Shown here: positions 30,940 to 41,278 of the stretch, piece by piece
Numbering within the stretch: position 1 is the first letter of the stretch
Layout: every line of letters begins with the position of its first letter
Assembly (NCBI GenBank): GCA_965205025.1
Contig: CBDBFU010000025.1
Span: 1 to 64,000 of the forward strand
Source: Candidatus Poribacteria bacterium
Lineage (GTDB): Bacteria > Poribacteria > WGA-4E > WGA-3G
DNA: 64,000 nucleotides
Direction of reading: 5' to 3'
Translations under genes and position numbers: made by a program
The notes under the pieces: generated by a model
What the model saw: the letters and a program-made list of their open reading frames with translations, nothing else
Databases searched by the model: none
Told to the model about the DNA's origin: nothing

Positions 30940-32328
30940 CTATTCCTCTGCAAATTGAGGCCTACCAAGTGCGTCCGTCCTACCCTGTCGTTTATAATGT
31001 GGAAGATGACCGTCTGCATCTGCTAAGATGCGTTCATGTGCAAGTGCAATTCGGTCTATTCCCTTTTCAGTAATATCGTTTTGACATGTTGGATCAGCTT
31101 CAAGATCAAAGAGACGGGTCCCACTATTGAGATCCACGCTTGAGAAATACCAACTCTTAGCATCTTTATACCATACTGAGTTGACATATCGGCATGTAAG
31201 ATATTCCCGTGAATTGAAGCCACTCTTCCCTTCCACGAGTGGGAGGAGACTTTGACCGTGCAATTCACCTGCAGGTTCAACTTCACTTGCTGCCATTACG
31301 GTTGCAGGGACATCAACTGTATAAACGAATTCATCGCAGATAGTGCCAGCATTAATGCCATCAGGATGTCGTACTAACAAGGGTATATCCATTGTTCCTG
31401 GATACATGAAATTAGCAGGTTTACCAGTTGCTTTATCTGGATTTTCTGCGAAATTGGTGCCGTGATCACTTAGGAAGATAATTAGAGTATTGTCCCGTAA
31501 TCCAAGTCTGTCAATAGTGTCGACAAGTCTTCCGAACCATGTGTCTACAAGTGTAACTAACCCAGCATAGTTTGCTTTTACACTTGGGAGACGGTTCTCA
31601 AGTTCTTCATTATTTAACGAACCGTATGGTAGGTTAAGACAGATTGGTTCGCGGTCCTCTCTACTACCATATAGATCATAGTAATGGAGTGGTGCTTCCC
31701 ATGTTTCATGGGGTGTGAAACCGTCTACATATAGGTAAAATGGCGTATTCTTATTGTTGTGTTCCACAAATTCTATAGCTGATCGGAACAATCTTGCTGT
31801 TGGCCAAGTTTCCTCGGGACGTTCAGGTTGAACATTCATAATATGGGAACGTATGCGTGGTTCATTTCCCCGATATCTGGCAACTTGCTTAGGATCTACA
31901 TTTGCGCCGCCTCGGTATCTATCTTCAGCTTGTCCGCGTACAAATTGCCATTGGCGGAATCCACGTGTGAAGTTCATTCCTGGAACAAAATAGTGTGGAA
32001 CATCTGCAAAGAATCCTGTTTGATACCCGTTTTGTACCAATGATTCAGCAATCGCAGGTTCGTCTGATGACATAGGTTGCCATCCGGGAGTATAGACATT
32101 ATCCCAAGGCACAGGATTATATGTTTTAAATGGATAAATTCGTCTACCTGTATGTAGGGTGCGCCGCGTAGGTATGGTCGGTAGAACTTCTGGATGTGCA
32201 TTGGTAAACCTGACCCCCTGTTCTGCAAAACGTGCTAAATTTGGGGTATGTACCCAGTCATTACCATACGGACTTAAATAGGCTGTACGGAGTGTATCTG
32301 AAACTACAACTACAATGTTCCAACTCAT
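30940..32328 (-). CDS. Sulfatase-like hydrolase with Thr at the Cys/Ser (FGly) position
   Basis: NIVVVVSDTLR; HTPNL; PTIPTRRTLHTG; TPHE; SDHG. Confidence 0.85.
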   Translation of the reverse strand: MSWNIVVVVSDTLRTAYLSPYGNDWVHTPNLARFAEQGVRFTNAHPEVLPTIPTRRTLHTGRRIYPFKTYNPVPWDNVYTPGWQPMSSDEPAIAESLVQNGYQTGFFADVPHYFVPGMNFTRGFRQWQFVRGQAEDRYRGGANVDPKQVARYRGNEPRIRSHIMNVQPERPEETWPTARLFRSAIEFVEHNNKNTPFYLYVDGFTPHETWEAPLHYYDLYGSREDREPICLNLPYGSLNNEELENRLPSVKANYAGLVTLVDTWFGRLVDTIDRLGLRDNTLIIFLSDHGTNFAENPDKATGKPANFMYPGTMDIPLLVRHPDGINAGTICDEFVYTVDVPATVMAASEVEPAGELHGQSLLPLVEGKSGFNSREYLTCRYVNSVWYKDAKSWYFSSVDLNSGTRLFDLEADPTCQNDITEKGIDRIALAHERILADADGHLPHYKRQGRTDALGRPQFAEE

Positions 32329-32398
32329 GTATATCCTCCAAGAAAATATTAATTATGATAGGTGATATAAGGTTTTCGATGATATAATTCTGTGTATT

Positions 32399-32698
32399 TT
32401 ACGCGGTATAATCAAATACCAATACATCGTCAACAAGTGGACGAATATGTTCACCTGCGACTTTTTTGTGATAAGGATGTGGTAGGTATGTATCTCTCGC
32501 TGCTTCATCTGTAAAACGCACAATAAAGCCAAATTCATATCCTTGACTCTTACCTTCAGGACTGTGGTTTGTTCCGAAAGTTATAGACTCTATTCCAGGA
32601 ATTTCATCTGACATAGACATCAAGGCGTCTGACATAGTACTTAATTGTACATCATTAACATCTGACTTTAACTTAAGTAGAACGATATGTTCAACCAT
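32399..32698 (-). CDS. Dabb / stress-responsive A/B barrel protein
   Basis: MVEHIVLLKLK...IPGI...YLPHPYH...VFDY. Start placed at the ATG at 32698. Confidence 0.88.
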   Translation of the reverse strand: MVEHIVLLKLKSDVNDVQLSTMSDALMSMSDEIPGIESITFGTNHSPEGKSQGYEFGFIVRFTDEAARDTYLPHPYHKKVAGEHIRPLVDDVLVFDYTA

Positions 32699-32977
32699 TT
32701 CAATGCTCCGATCTGATTTGATTTTGTTGTTTTCATAATTATATAAGGAAGGTGAACATGGAACACGGATCAATTATTCGCAGTCCGTTATACCTTCCAC
32801 AAAAGATCAAGGACTTCGTATGAGACAAGATGTATGGTAAATTAATTGAATGATGGTATATACTATTAGTATCTCACATACACTCATTAACATCAAGATA
32901 TTTGTCCTATAAGCACTTAATACATATTCTACTCTGGGATTGGGAAGATATTATTAAGTAAAATAATAGGGAAAACT

Positions 32978-35017
32978 ATGAAGACACTTAACCTTATTTG
33001 TATCACACTGCTATTATTCACCACATACTTATCAGATAACCAAGCAGAAGAGTATGCACAAACAGGATTACCCGATGGTGCCTATGCACGGTTAGGTAAG
33101 GGAAATATCAATGTGATGCGTTTTACGCCAGATGGAACACACTTGGCTGTGGGAACAGATGCTGCTCTGTTGGTTTATAATATAAAAACTGGTGCTGAAA
33201 CAATTCTCTCAGTTGGAGAGAAGATGAAAAATCAGATCCTTGCATTTACTCCTGAGGGGAAAATCCTTGCTTCTACGGGGGAAGGTGAGTCTGCAATCAA
33301 ATTTTGGGATTGGAAAAATTCTAAGCAACTAAAGAATCTAACCATAACACATAAGTTTTTAGGAATTTCTGACTTGTGCTTTGATGATGATAAAACCCTT
33401 ATCATTCTCTCAAGTAATGGTCATATTAGAAAGTGGGACATTAACAGTTCTCAGGAAATTTCAAGAACACAATTTAATAACACAAAGTCAGAAAAGGTAA
33501 TTTCCCAAGATGGTAGTATTTATGTCAGTGGTGACCCAGTTCAAGGGAGAATAAGGATCTGGAGTATTTCGCAAGGTAAATTGGGTAATGAACTTATGGT
33601 CAAACAAGATGGTATAATTCAAAAGTCAGTCAAAAGTTTGTTTCAATCCAATGATAAGAATGGCAAAAATAAGAATGGAATACGTAGAATTGCGATTTCA
33701 ACTGATAAGAAACAAATAGTAAGTTATCATAAGGATAACATTGTTCGATTATGGGATACTACATCAAAGAATCAAAGGATTTTATTTAGACTTCAATCCG
33801 GTCACGTGAATGCCATGACGTTTTCTTTTGACAATAGATTCCTTGCAATTGGAAAAACTGATAAGACAATACCGATGTGGGATTTAATCAATAAACGTCC
33901 CCATACTCTTCTCAAGGGGCATAAAAAGGGAATTCAGGCACTTGCCTTTTCTCCGAATGAAGATGGTCTCATTGCAAGTGGAAGTAGTGATGGAACTATC
34001 CGTTTATGGAATTCTATATCTGGTGTTGAACGTGGTATAATTGCAACAGGTTATTCTGATTCAATTGAAACCCTTGCTTTTACGATGGATAACAACACTC
34101 TTTATACTGCCACCGAAAGTGGACTTGTGCAACATTGGCATGCAAAAACAGGTAGAGAAATTGGGACTCCATTCTATAGTGAAGAAGATTGTTTTATTGG
34201 TGTTACATTCTCTCATGACATGAAATACTTTGTATATCAAGGTGGCAGAAAAGTTCCCTCAAAATCCAATGGTGGATATAATCTTGATCTTACTGGGAAA
34301 GGGATAAGGCTATGGTATATTCCTCCCTGGAAAGAAAATCTAACCCCTGCCTGGAAAGAAAAACTAACCATACCGAGTACACCCTTATCCGTTACTTTTT
34401 CACCGGACAATCGATTCATAGGCACATCATCATATCCGGATGGAATAGTTCTATGGGATGTTAATACGGGTGAAAAATCCATTGTGTTTCATCCTGAGAA
34501 AGGGAGATTTAGAATACCTCTGTTTTCTCCAAATGGTGTATTACTTGTGCTGTATGGTAGTCGTGACCCAATTGAAGCCTGGAATCTTATCAACCAGGAA
34601 GCGGTACCAGTAGCCAACAATAATGATTTATACTCAATAACATTTTCACCTGACAGTAAGCTGCTTGCTGCAAAGGATTCCAATGGGATTGTACTTTTTG
34701 ATGTCACACCAAATGAGATAACATACCGTACATCACTTACACCTAAGGATAATAGTGGATCTGGCAGGTTATTATTATTTTCTCCAGACGCGAAAATACT
34801 CTTAGAATCACGTTCAAGTGGTCAAAATCACAACATCAGATTATGGGATGTGGAGTCTAAGACTGAAATTGGTTCAATCACAGGACATGTCAACTACATA
34901 CAGACTATGACGTTTTCTCATGATGGTAAGATACTCGCAAGTAGTGCGTCTAATGGTGCAGTATTATTATGGGACTGGGAAAAAATAGAAGAGTCTATGG
35001 GGTTAAACAAGGAATAA
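32978..35017 (+). CDS. Secreted WD40 beta-propeller protein (array member 1)
   Basis: Signal peptide; GLPDGAYARLGKG; WD repeats; C-terminal LLWDWEKI. Confidence 0.9.
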   Translation: MKTLNLICITLLLFTTYLSDNQAEEYAQTGLPDGAYARLGKGNINVMRFTPDGTHLAVGTDAALLVYNIKTGAETILSVGEKMKNQILAFTPEGKILASTGEGESAIKFWDWKNSKQLKNLTITHKFLGISDLCFDDDKTLIILSSNGHIRKWDINSSQEISRTQFNNTKSEKVISQDGSIYVSGDPVQGRIRIWSISQGKLGNELMVKQDGIIQKSVKSLFQSNDKNGKNKNGIRRIAISTDKKQIVSYHKDNIVRLWDTTSKNQRILFRLQSGHVNAMTFSFDNRFLAIGKTDKTIPMWDLINKRPHTLLKGHKKGIQALAFSPNEDGLIASGSSDGTIRLWNSISGVERGIIATGYSDSIETLAFTMDNNTLYTATESGLVQHWHAKTGREIGTPFYSEEDCFIGVTFSHDMKYFVYQGGRKVPSKSNGGYNLDLTGKGIRLWYIPPWKENLTPAWKEKLTIPSTPLSVTFSPDNRFIGTSSYPDGIVLWDVNTGEKSIVFHPEKGRFRIPLFSPNGVLLVLYGSRDPIEAWNLINQEAVPVANNNDLYSITFSPDSKLLAAKDSNGIVLFDVTPNEITYRTSLTPKDNSGSGRLLLFSPDAKILLESRSSGQNHNIRLWDVESKTEIGSITGHVNYIQTMTFSHDGKILASSASNGAVLLWDWEKIEESMGLNKE

Positions 35018-35164
35018 ACAGAAATATCCATTTAAAAGAAGATTATTCACTTGCCATTTATACTTGATACTATCCTATTCTACTTTCTTGTATCAATTTA
35101 ACAATACAATTTAAACTTTGATACAATAATATACAAGGCAATCTGATTATTACAATAGGAACTT

Positions 35165-37153
35165 ATGATGATACAAAAACGTCCGATTCTCTCTGTACTT
35201 CTACTCTTTTTAATATCAAGCTCAATCAGTTATGCTCAGGATAATACACAAACCGGATTGCCGGATGGTGCGATAGCAAGATTGGGTAAAGGTGGGATAA
35301 ATATCATGCGTTTTTCTCCTGACGGATCACGTTTGGCAGTGGGAACGGATGTAGGAGTATGGGTTTACGATGTCTCTGATGGTATCGGAAAAACTCTACC
35401 AAGCGAAAACTATGGTCAAGTAAGTACACTTGCGTTTTCACCTGATGGAAAAATTCTTGTCAGTGGTGGTTCGAATCCATATATAAATATTTGGGAATTA
35501 AATACAGGGAAGATCCTTACAACTCTTACTATAGATGGTAAACTTCCGACTGTAACAGATCTATTCTTTCACGACTCATTTCTTTTCAGTGTAAAAGATC
35601 ATTACGAAATCATGAAATGGGGTATTCATACAATTAAAGAGGAATTGAATTTAGAATTAGAGAATTCTAATAAAACTGTGTCATCCAGTAATCAGAAAAT
35701 TACTGTCTCAGGAGATAGTTCTGGTAAAATCACAGTTCGAAATGCAATTACGGGAGATAGGGTAGCAACTCTAAATGGACATCAAGAATCAACTGAAAAA
35801 GATATAATTACACTTGGAATTACTGATGATAATAAAATATTGGTGAGTGCAGGTAGAGATAAGACGATTCAATTATGGGATATACCGAACCAGACTCAAT
35901 TAGCAAGCATCAAGAGACAAAAAGCTTGGGTGACGTCTATAGCATTCTCTGAAGATAGAAAAATACTTGCTACTGGATATGCATCTGATGTGATTAAATT
36001 GTGGAATGTGAATACTCGACGTGAACTTAGAACACTTAAAGGACATAATAACACTATTAACGCTTTAACCTTCGCTCCTGAAAGCACGCCAAATTATGGG
36101 GCATGCCTTGCAAGTGGAAGTGCTGATGGTACAATACGATTTTGGGATCCAAAAACAGGAAAAGAACTGGTTACATTCACCGATGGACACACTGAGTGGG
36201 TTAAAACTATTGCTTTCACTAATTCTGATTCACAAATCGTTAGTGCAGCCTATAACGGTGTGATTGAAAAATGGAATTTACAAACTAAACTGAGAGAGGC
36301 TATATTCCATACGTCTCAGTTTGATGACACAGAATCGGTTGTGTTGTCATCAGATGCTACTCACTATGCAGTGCTTGGAAAGAGAGGAACACAATTCGCA
36401 TTTGAACAGGATAGTTGGGGATATAAATCCACAGGACTATTTCGTACAAGTTTCCAATTATGGGATCTCACAACCGAGAAGAAAATCCCCGGTTCATGGC
36501 ATAGTATTTTTGTCAAAATAGCAGGATCTGTATTCTCACCGGATGGCAAACTATTTGCTTATGATAACTCAAGTAAGATTATAATCGTTGATATCGATAC
36601 AAAAACGGAATTATACCGTATAGAGGAAAGAAACTCCTTTGATAGGAAGTTAGCCATCTCTCCTGATGGAAAATTACTTGTGTTTACAGATAAGTCGGGA
36701 AAAGCAAAAGTTTTAGTCTTGGAAACTCAACATGAGATCGCTCTTCCATTAAAAGATCGTACCAGTGTTTTCACATTCTCTCCAGATGGTTCTACACTTG
36801 CAACTAAAGGAAAGAACATACATATATGGAAAATGGATTCAAACAAAAAGGGAGAGAACAAGACTTTGTCCAACAGTTTTAATGCACTCAGAAGTGTCAT
36901 GACATTCTCTCCAGATGGAAATATACTTGCCTGTTTTAATGTAGATACCCATGAGGATAGATGGAGATATGGGATTAAATTGATTGATGTCAGAACAGAT
37001 AAAGTGTTGGCTATACTATCGGGACACACTGAACCGATTGAGACATTAGTCTTTTCTCATACTGGAAAAATACTTGCAAGTGGAAGTATGGATGGTACAA
37101 TCCTTCTTTGGGATTGGGAAGAAATAATCTCACAACAAATAAAGGATGAATAG
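35165..37153 (+). CDS. Secreted WD40 beta-propeller protein (array member 2)
   Basis: GLPDGAIARLGKGGIN ... DGTILLWDWE. Confidence 0.9.
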   Translation: MMIQKRPILSVLLLFLISSSISYAQDNTQTGLPDGAIARLGKGGINIMRFSPDGSRLAVGTDVGVWVYDVSDGIGKTLPSENYGQVSTLAFSPDGKILVSGGSNPYINIWELNTGKILTTLTIDGKLPTVTDLFFHDSFLFSVKDHYEIMKWGIHTIKEELNLELENSNKTVSSSNQKITVSGDSSGKITVRNAITGDRVATLNGHQESTEKDIITLGITDDNKILVSAGRDKTIQLWDIPNQTQLASIKRQKAWVTSIAFSEDRKILATGYASDVIKLWNVNTRRELRTLKGHNNTINALTFAPESTPNYGACLASGSADGTIRFWDPKTGKELVTFTDGHTEWVKTIAFTNSDSQIVSAAYNGVIEKWNLQTKLREAIFHTSQFDDTESVVLSSDATHYAVLGKRGTQFAFEQDSWGYKSTGLFRTSFQLWDLTTEKKIPGSWHSIFVKIAGSVFSPDGKLFAYDNSSKIIIVDIDTKTELYRIEERNSFDRKLAISPDGKLLVFTDKSGKAKVLVLETQHEIALPLKDRTSVFTFSPDGSTLATKGKNIHIWKMDSNKKGENKTLSNSFNALRSVMTFSPDGNILACFNVDTHEDRWRYGIKLIDVRTDKVLAILSGHTEPIETLVFSHTGKILASGSMDGTILLWDWEEIISQQIKDE

Positions 37154-37156
37154 ACA

Positions 37157-39274
37157 ATGAAATATAGGATGAGTTTCTTATACTTATTATCATGTGTTTT
37201 GGTAATGACTATTTCCTCAATCAGTCATGCACAAGATGACAATTACTCTGAATTACCAGATGGTGCAATCGGAAGACTTGGAAAAGGAAGTATTATCGTC
37301 ATGAAGTTTTCTCCTGATGGTAAACATTTGGCTGTTGGTACTACCATTGGGGGGTGGTTATATGATGTGGATACACATGATGTTATTGGTTTGCATCCAA
37401 GTCAACCGAGACAGGTTAACAACACAGTTTTCAAATCAAAAAATAATAACGAAACATGGAACCCAAGTGATGTATCTATAGTCAATCATTTAATATTTTC
37501 TTCTGACAATCGTATACTTGCTGCAAGTGAATCTTCAAATGGTATTATACAATTATGGGATGTTGATACAGGTCAACAACTTAAGACACTTCCCTTAACA
37601 ATTAAACGTGATTCTGTTTCAGCAATTGCCTTTTCAGACGACAATAAAACACTCATTGCCCCAAATTATTTTGGCGAGATTATACATTGGGATATATCCA
37701 CCGGTAATTTGATAGATCATATTGATAATTACAGACCTGATCTAACGCTGATAGAAGAAGATAATAAATCCGGCAACCATTCTGGTGATATAGTGGCATT
37801 TTCAAATGATAGTAAGACTTTTGTCAGTGGTGATCCAAAAGAGGGACAGATACGTCTATGGGATGCACTTACAGGACAACAACTTGGCAACTTTAAAGTC
37901 AAGACGAAATTTAAAGGGATATCCAAACGAGAGCCTGAACCCCTTAAAGGTGTTAATGTACTGGCATATTCACCAAATGGAAAAGCTATTGCCTGTGGTC
38001 ATGATGATAATACAATAAGATTATATGACATATTAACAAAAACAGAGATTGCTGTGCTTAAAGGCCATCAAGAACGAATTAACACAATTACTTATTCACC
38101 TGATAGTTCAAAACTCGTTAGTGGGAGCGCAGATAACACAATACGTTTTTGGGATGTTAATAAGAAAAAAGAACTATTCAAACTAACCGGTTATAAGAGT
38201 CAAATCGTTGAGTTAACTTTCTCTCCTGATGGGAAAATACTTGCAAGTAGTGGTTATGACGGATCTATTCGATTCTTAGATCCAAATAGTGGCAGGGAAT
38301 TGAAGATTTTTACTACTGGACATATTAGTTCAACAATTGGTTTAGCCTTTACTGAAGATAACAAAATGCTTTTCAGTGCAGCATCTAATGGTTCAGTTCA
38401 TATATGGGACGTTAATAGTGGTACCACACTACCATCACCAAATGTCGAACATTATGATAGAACAGAAGCTTTTGCTTTTTCAGGGGATGCGACACTATAT
38501 GCAAGTCATGGTGCGGATACTGTGGTGCGGTCAAGGGGAAGTAATACACGTACAAGTTGGTTACCACATTCTGATACACATCTATGGTCACTTCCACATG
38601 GACAAAATATCATCTCACTTCCACAAGGTTATAGTGCATTAACTTTTTCTCCCAATAATCAGCTGCTTGCTGCCAGTAGTACTAAACAGACAGATTTATG
38701 GAATGTTCATACAGGAACAAAAACCTTCAGTCTTGATGTTAGGCAATTCTTCACTAATGTGGTAGTAAGATTCTCACCCGATGGAAATATACTGACTACA
38801 GGTGGCATCAATGGAGAAGTACATATATGGGATGTAAAATCTGGTGATAAAATCAGTACGTTGAGTTCTGGGTTACGCGAATTCTCAAGAGATTTGGCTT
38901 ATTCCCCTGACAATTCTATTCTCGCCGTCAGTTATGTTAATGACTACTTAAAATTATGGAATTTAAAAACCAAGAAGGAAATGTATACACTCCTTACACA
39001 CAAGGACAAGGTTTGGATAGAAAGGATACTGTTTTCTCCTGATGGTAAAACCCTATTGGTCACGACTCGTGACTTCAAAATACTCAGAGAAATACGATTA
39101 TTCGATGTAGAAACAAGGAAGGAATTACCTCCTATCCAAACAGGACATACAGTTGGTATTAATGCATTAGTATTTTCACATGGCGGGAAAACCCTTGCCA
39201 CTGGCGCAGCGGATGGCACAATCCTACTCTGGGATTGGGATAAAATCAATAAGAAAATATCTATTGGAAATTGA
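37157..39274 (+). CDS. Secreted WD40 beta-propeller protein (array member 3)
   Basis: ELPDGAIGRLGKG ... DGTILLWDWD. Confidence 0.9.
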   Translation: MKYRMSFLYLLSCVLVMTISSISHAQDDNYSELPDGAIGRLGKGSIIVMKFSPDGKHLAVGTTIGGWLYDVDTHDVIGLHPSQPRQVNNTVFKSKNNNETWNPSDVSIVNHLIFSSDNRILAASESSNGIIQLWDVDTGQQLKTLPLTIKRDSVSAIAFSDDNKTLIAPNYFGEIIHWDISTGNLIDHIDNYRPDLTLIEEDNKSGNHSGDIVAFSNDSKTFVSGDPKEGQIRLWDALTGQQLGNFKVKTKFKGISKREPEPLKGVNVLAYSPNGKAIACGHDDNTIRLYDILTKTEIAVLKGHQERINTITYSPDSSKLVSGSADNTIRFWDVNKKKELFKLTGYKSQIVELTFSPDGKILASSGYDGSIRFLDPNSGRELKIFTTGHISSTIGLAFTEDNKMLFSAASNGSVHIWDVNSGTTLPSPNVEHYDRTEAFAFSGDATLYASHGADTVVRSRGSNTRTSWLPHSDTHLWSLPHGQNIISLPQGYSALTFSPNNQLLAASSTKQTDLWNVHTGTKTFSLDVRQFFTNVVVRFSPDGNILTTGGINGEVHIWDVKSGDKISTLSSGLREFSRDLAYSPDNSILAVSYVNDYLKLWNLKTKKEMYTLLTHKDKVWIERILFSPDGKTLLVTTRDFKILREIRLFDVETRKELPPIQTGHTVGINALVFSHGGKTLATGAADGTILLWDWDKINKKISIGN

Positions 39275-39277
39275 CAG

Positions 39278-41275
39278 ATGTTCCAAAAATTTATATCATA
39301 TTCACTTTTCTTTCTTTTTTTGACTATTACTATAACCCTATACGCGCAAGATAATACGCAAGTAGGACTACCTGAAGGAGCAATCGCACGATTGGGTAAG
39401 GGTGGAATTAATACAATGCAGTTTTCACCTGATGGGTCTCTACTCGCTGTCGGTACTGATGTTGGAGTATGGTTTTATGACGCATCAAGTGGAAAAGAAA
39501 CGGCTTTATTCACAGGATACACTGGACGCATAGATGCACTTGATTTCTCACATGATGGAAATATGTTAGCAAGTGGTGGATTTGCAAATCCAATTGTACA
39601 AATTTGGGATCCACGTAATGGCAATAAACTAAACACAATAGAGTTAATAGATAAGACTGATAGGCTTACAGGCTTGGGGTTTTCCAATGATGGTAAAACA
39701 CTAACCAGTGTTGATCTTTGGGGTAGGATAAGCCATCATGACCTGGTTAACAAAACCCAAGATATTTTGGATGTTTCTTCGGGACCACCTGGTGGGTTGG
39801 CAGTATTTTCTCCTGATGGAAACACTATTGCCAGTACTTCGTTTGAGAATGAAGGGAAGATTTTCTTGTGGGATAGTAAATCGGGGAAACAACAAGCAAT
39901 ATATAAAGGACATTCGAGTAGATTAAAAGGGGATAGTTTTATCAATTCTGTTATTTCTGATATTTTTAATACACCCAGGTATGCTGATATAAACTCATTC
40001 GATTTCTCACCAGATGGGAAAATACTGGCAAGTGGAAGCATGGACGAAACTGTTCAGTTGTGGGATGTGATAAACCACTCTAAGATTGCTACATTAAAAG
40101 GTCATAGAAATGTAATTACAACTGTTGCCTTTTCATCAGATGGTAAAACTATAGCGAGTGGGGATGGAGAGAAATTAATAAAACTATGGGATATTAATAC
40201 GAAACGTGAACGTTCTACACTATCTGGTCATACTCATGGAATTACTGCCTTGGTGTTCAGTCCAGATGGAAAAACATTAGCAAGTGGGAGTAGGGATGGA
40301 ACTATTCGGTTTTGGAATTCGCACACTGCCAAAGAAATTGGAATCTTTGCCACTGGTCATATAGACTCTGTGAATTCAATAGCATTTAACAAGAATGGAT
40401 CATCATTAGTCAGTGCATCTTCTTACGGTAGTGTAGATGTATGGAGTATCAAGACCGCACGGGAGTTGACTACCATTACAGAAAGTCAGACGAATTCGAT
40501 AAGTACTTCTGCTTTCTCACCTGATGGTACCCTATTCGCAAGTTATGGTAGAACATATATAGATCGTAGTACTGGTAAGATTCGTTTATTCAGAGTGGAA
40601 TCAGGTGATGAATTGCTTGGTCCCTGGAATGAAATAAATGACTCTGTTGATGAATTACTGTTCACACATGATAATAGGTTTTTATACGCGAATACCGGAA
40701 AGGGAATTCGTAGTTGGAATATACTCACGGGAAAGGAGTATTTTCCATTTGGAGCGGAACCAGCACGGGGGCGAGGGTTAGCGATTGCACCCAATGGAAA
40801 ATATATTGCAATGGAGACATTTCGCGGTATACTCAGGGTATGGGATGTAGATGCTCAAAGTGATTTACATATTCCGATTACGAAAAATGTGTCAGGACTT
40901 GCTTTTTCTCCAGACAGTATGTACATTGTCCAAACCCATTTTAATGATGGTACAATCCTATGGGAATTAGCCGCAAAAGAGTTAGAGGAATATAATCTAT
41001 ATGAGGAGAAATTAAAAGGATTTAACCCTATATTGACATTCTCACCAGATGGATCTATGCTTGTCGCTTCTGTAAGTGATTTGTGGACTCATCATATAAA
41101 AATACTTAATGTTGACACTGGAACCCTCCACACAACCTTAACTGGACACACTGAAGATATTACTGCGTTGAAGTTCTCACAAGATGGGACAACACTTGCA
41201 AGTGCGAGTAAAGATGGTACTATATTACTTTGGGATTGGGATAAAATCAAAAAAAAGATATCTAAAGGAGATTGA
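39278..41275 (+). CDS. Secreted WD40 beta-propeller protein (array member 4)
   Basis: GLPEGAIARLGKGGIN ... DGTILLWDWD. Confidence 0.9.
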   Translation: MFQKFISYSLFFLFLTITITLYAQDNTQVGLPEGAIARLGKGGINTMQFSPDGSLLAVGTDVGVWFYDASSGKETALFTGYTGRIDALDFSHDGNMLASGGFANPIVQIWDPRNGNKLNTIELIDKTDRLTGLGFSNDGKTLTSVDLWGRISHHDLVNKTQDILDVSSGPPGGLAVFSPDGNTIASTSFENEGKIFLWDSKSGKQQAIYKGHSSRLKGDSFINSVISDIFNTPRYADINSFDFSPDGKILASGSMDETVQLWDVINHSKIATLKGHRNVITTVAFSSDGKTIASGDGEKLIKLWDINTKRERSTLSGHTHGITALVFSPDGKTLASGSRDGTIRFWNSHTAKEIGIFATGHIDSVNSIAFNKNGSSLVSASSYGSVDVWSIKTARELTTITESQTNSISTSAFSPDGTLFASYGRTYIDRSTGKIRLFRVESGDELLGPWNEINDSVDELLFTHDNRFLYANTGKGIRSWNILTGKEYFPFGAEPARGRGLAIAPNGKYIAMETFRGILRVWDVDAQSDLHIPITKNVSGLAFSPDSMYIVQTHFNDGTILWELAAKELEEYNLYEEKLKGFNPILTFSPDGSMLVASVSDLWTHHIKILNVDTGTLHTTLTGHTEDITALKFSQDGTTLASASKDGTILLWDWDKIKKKISKGD

Positions 41276-41278
41276 CAG

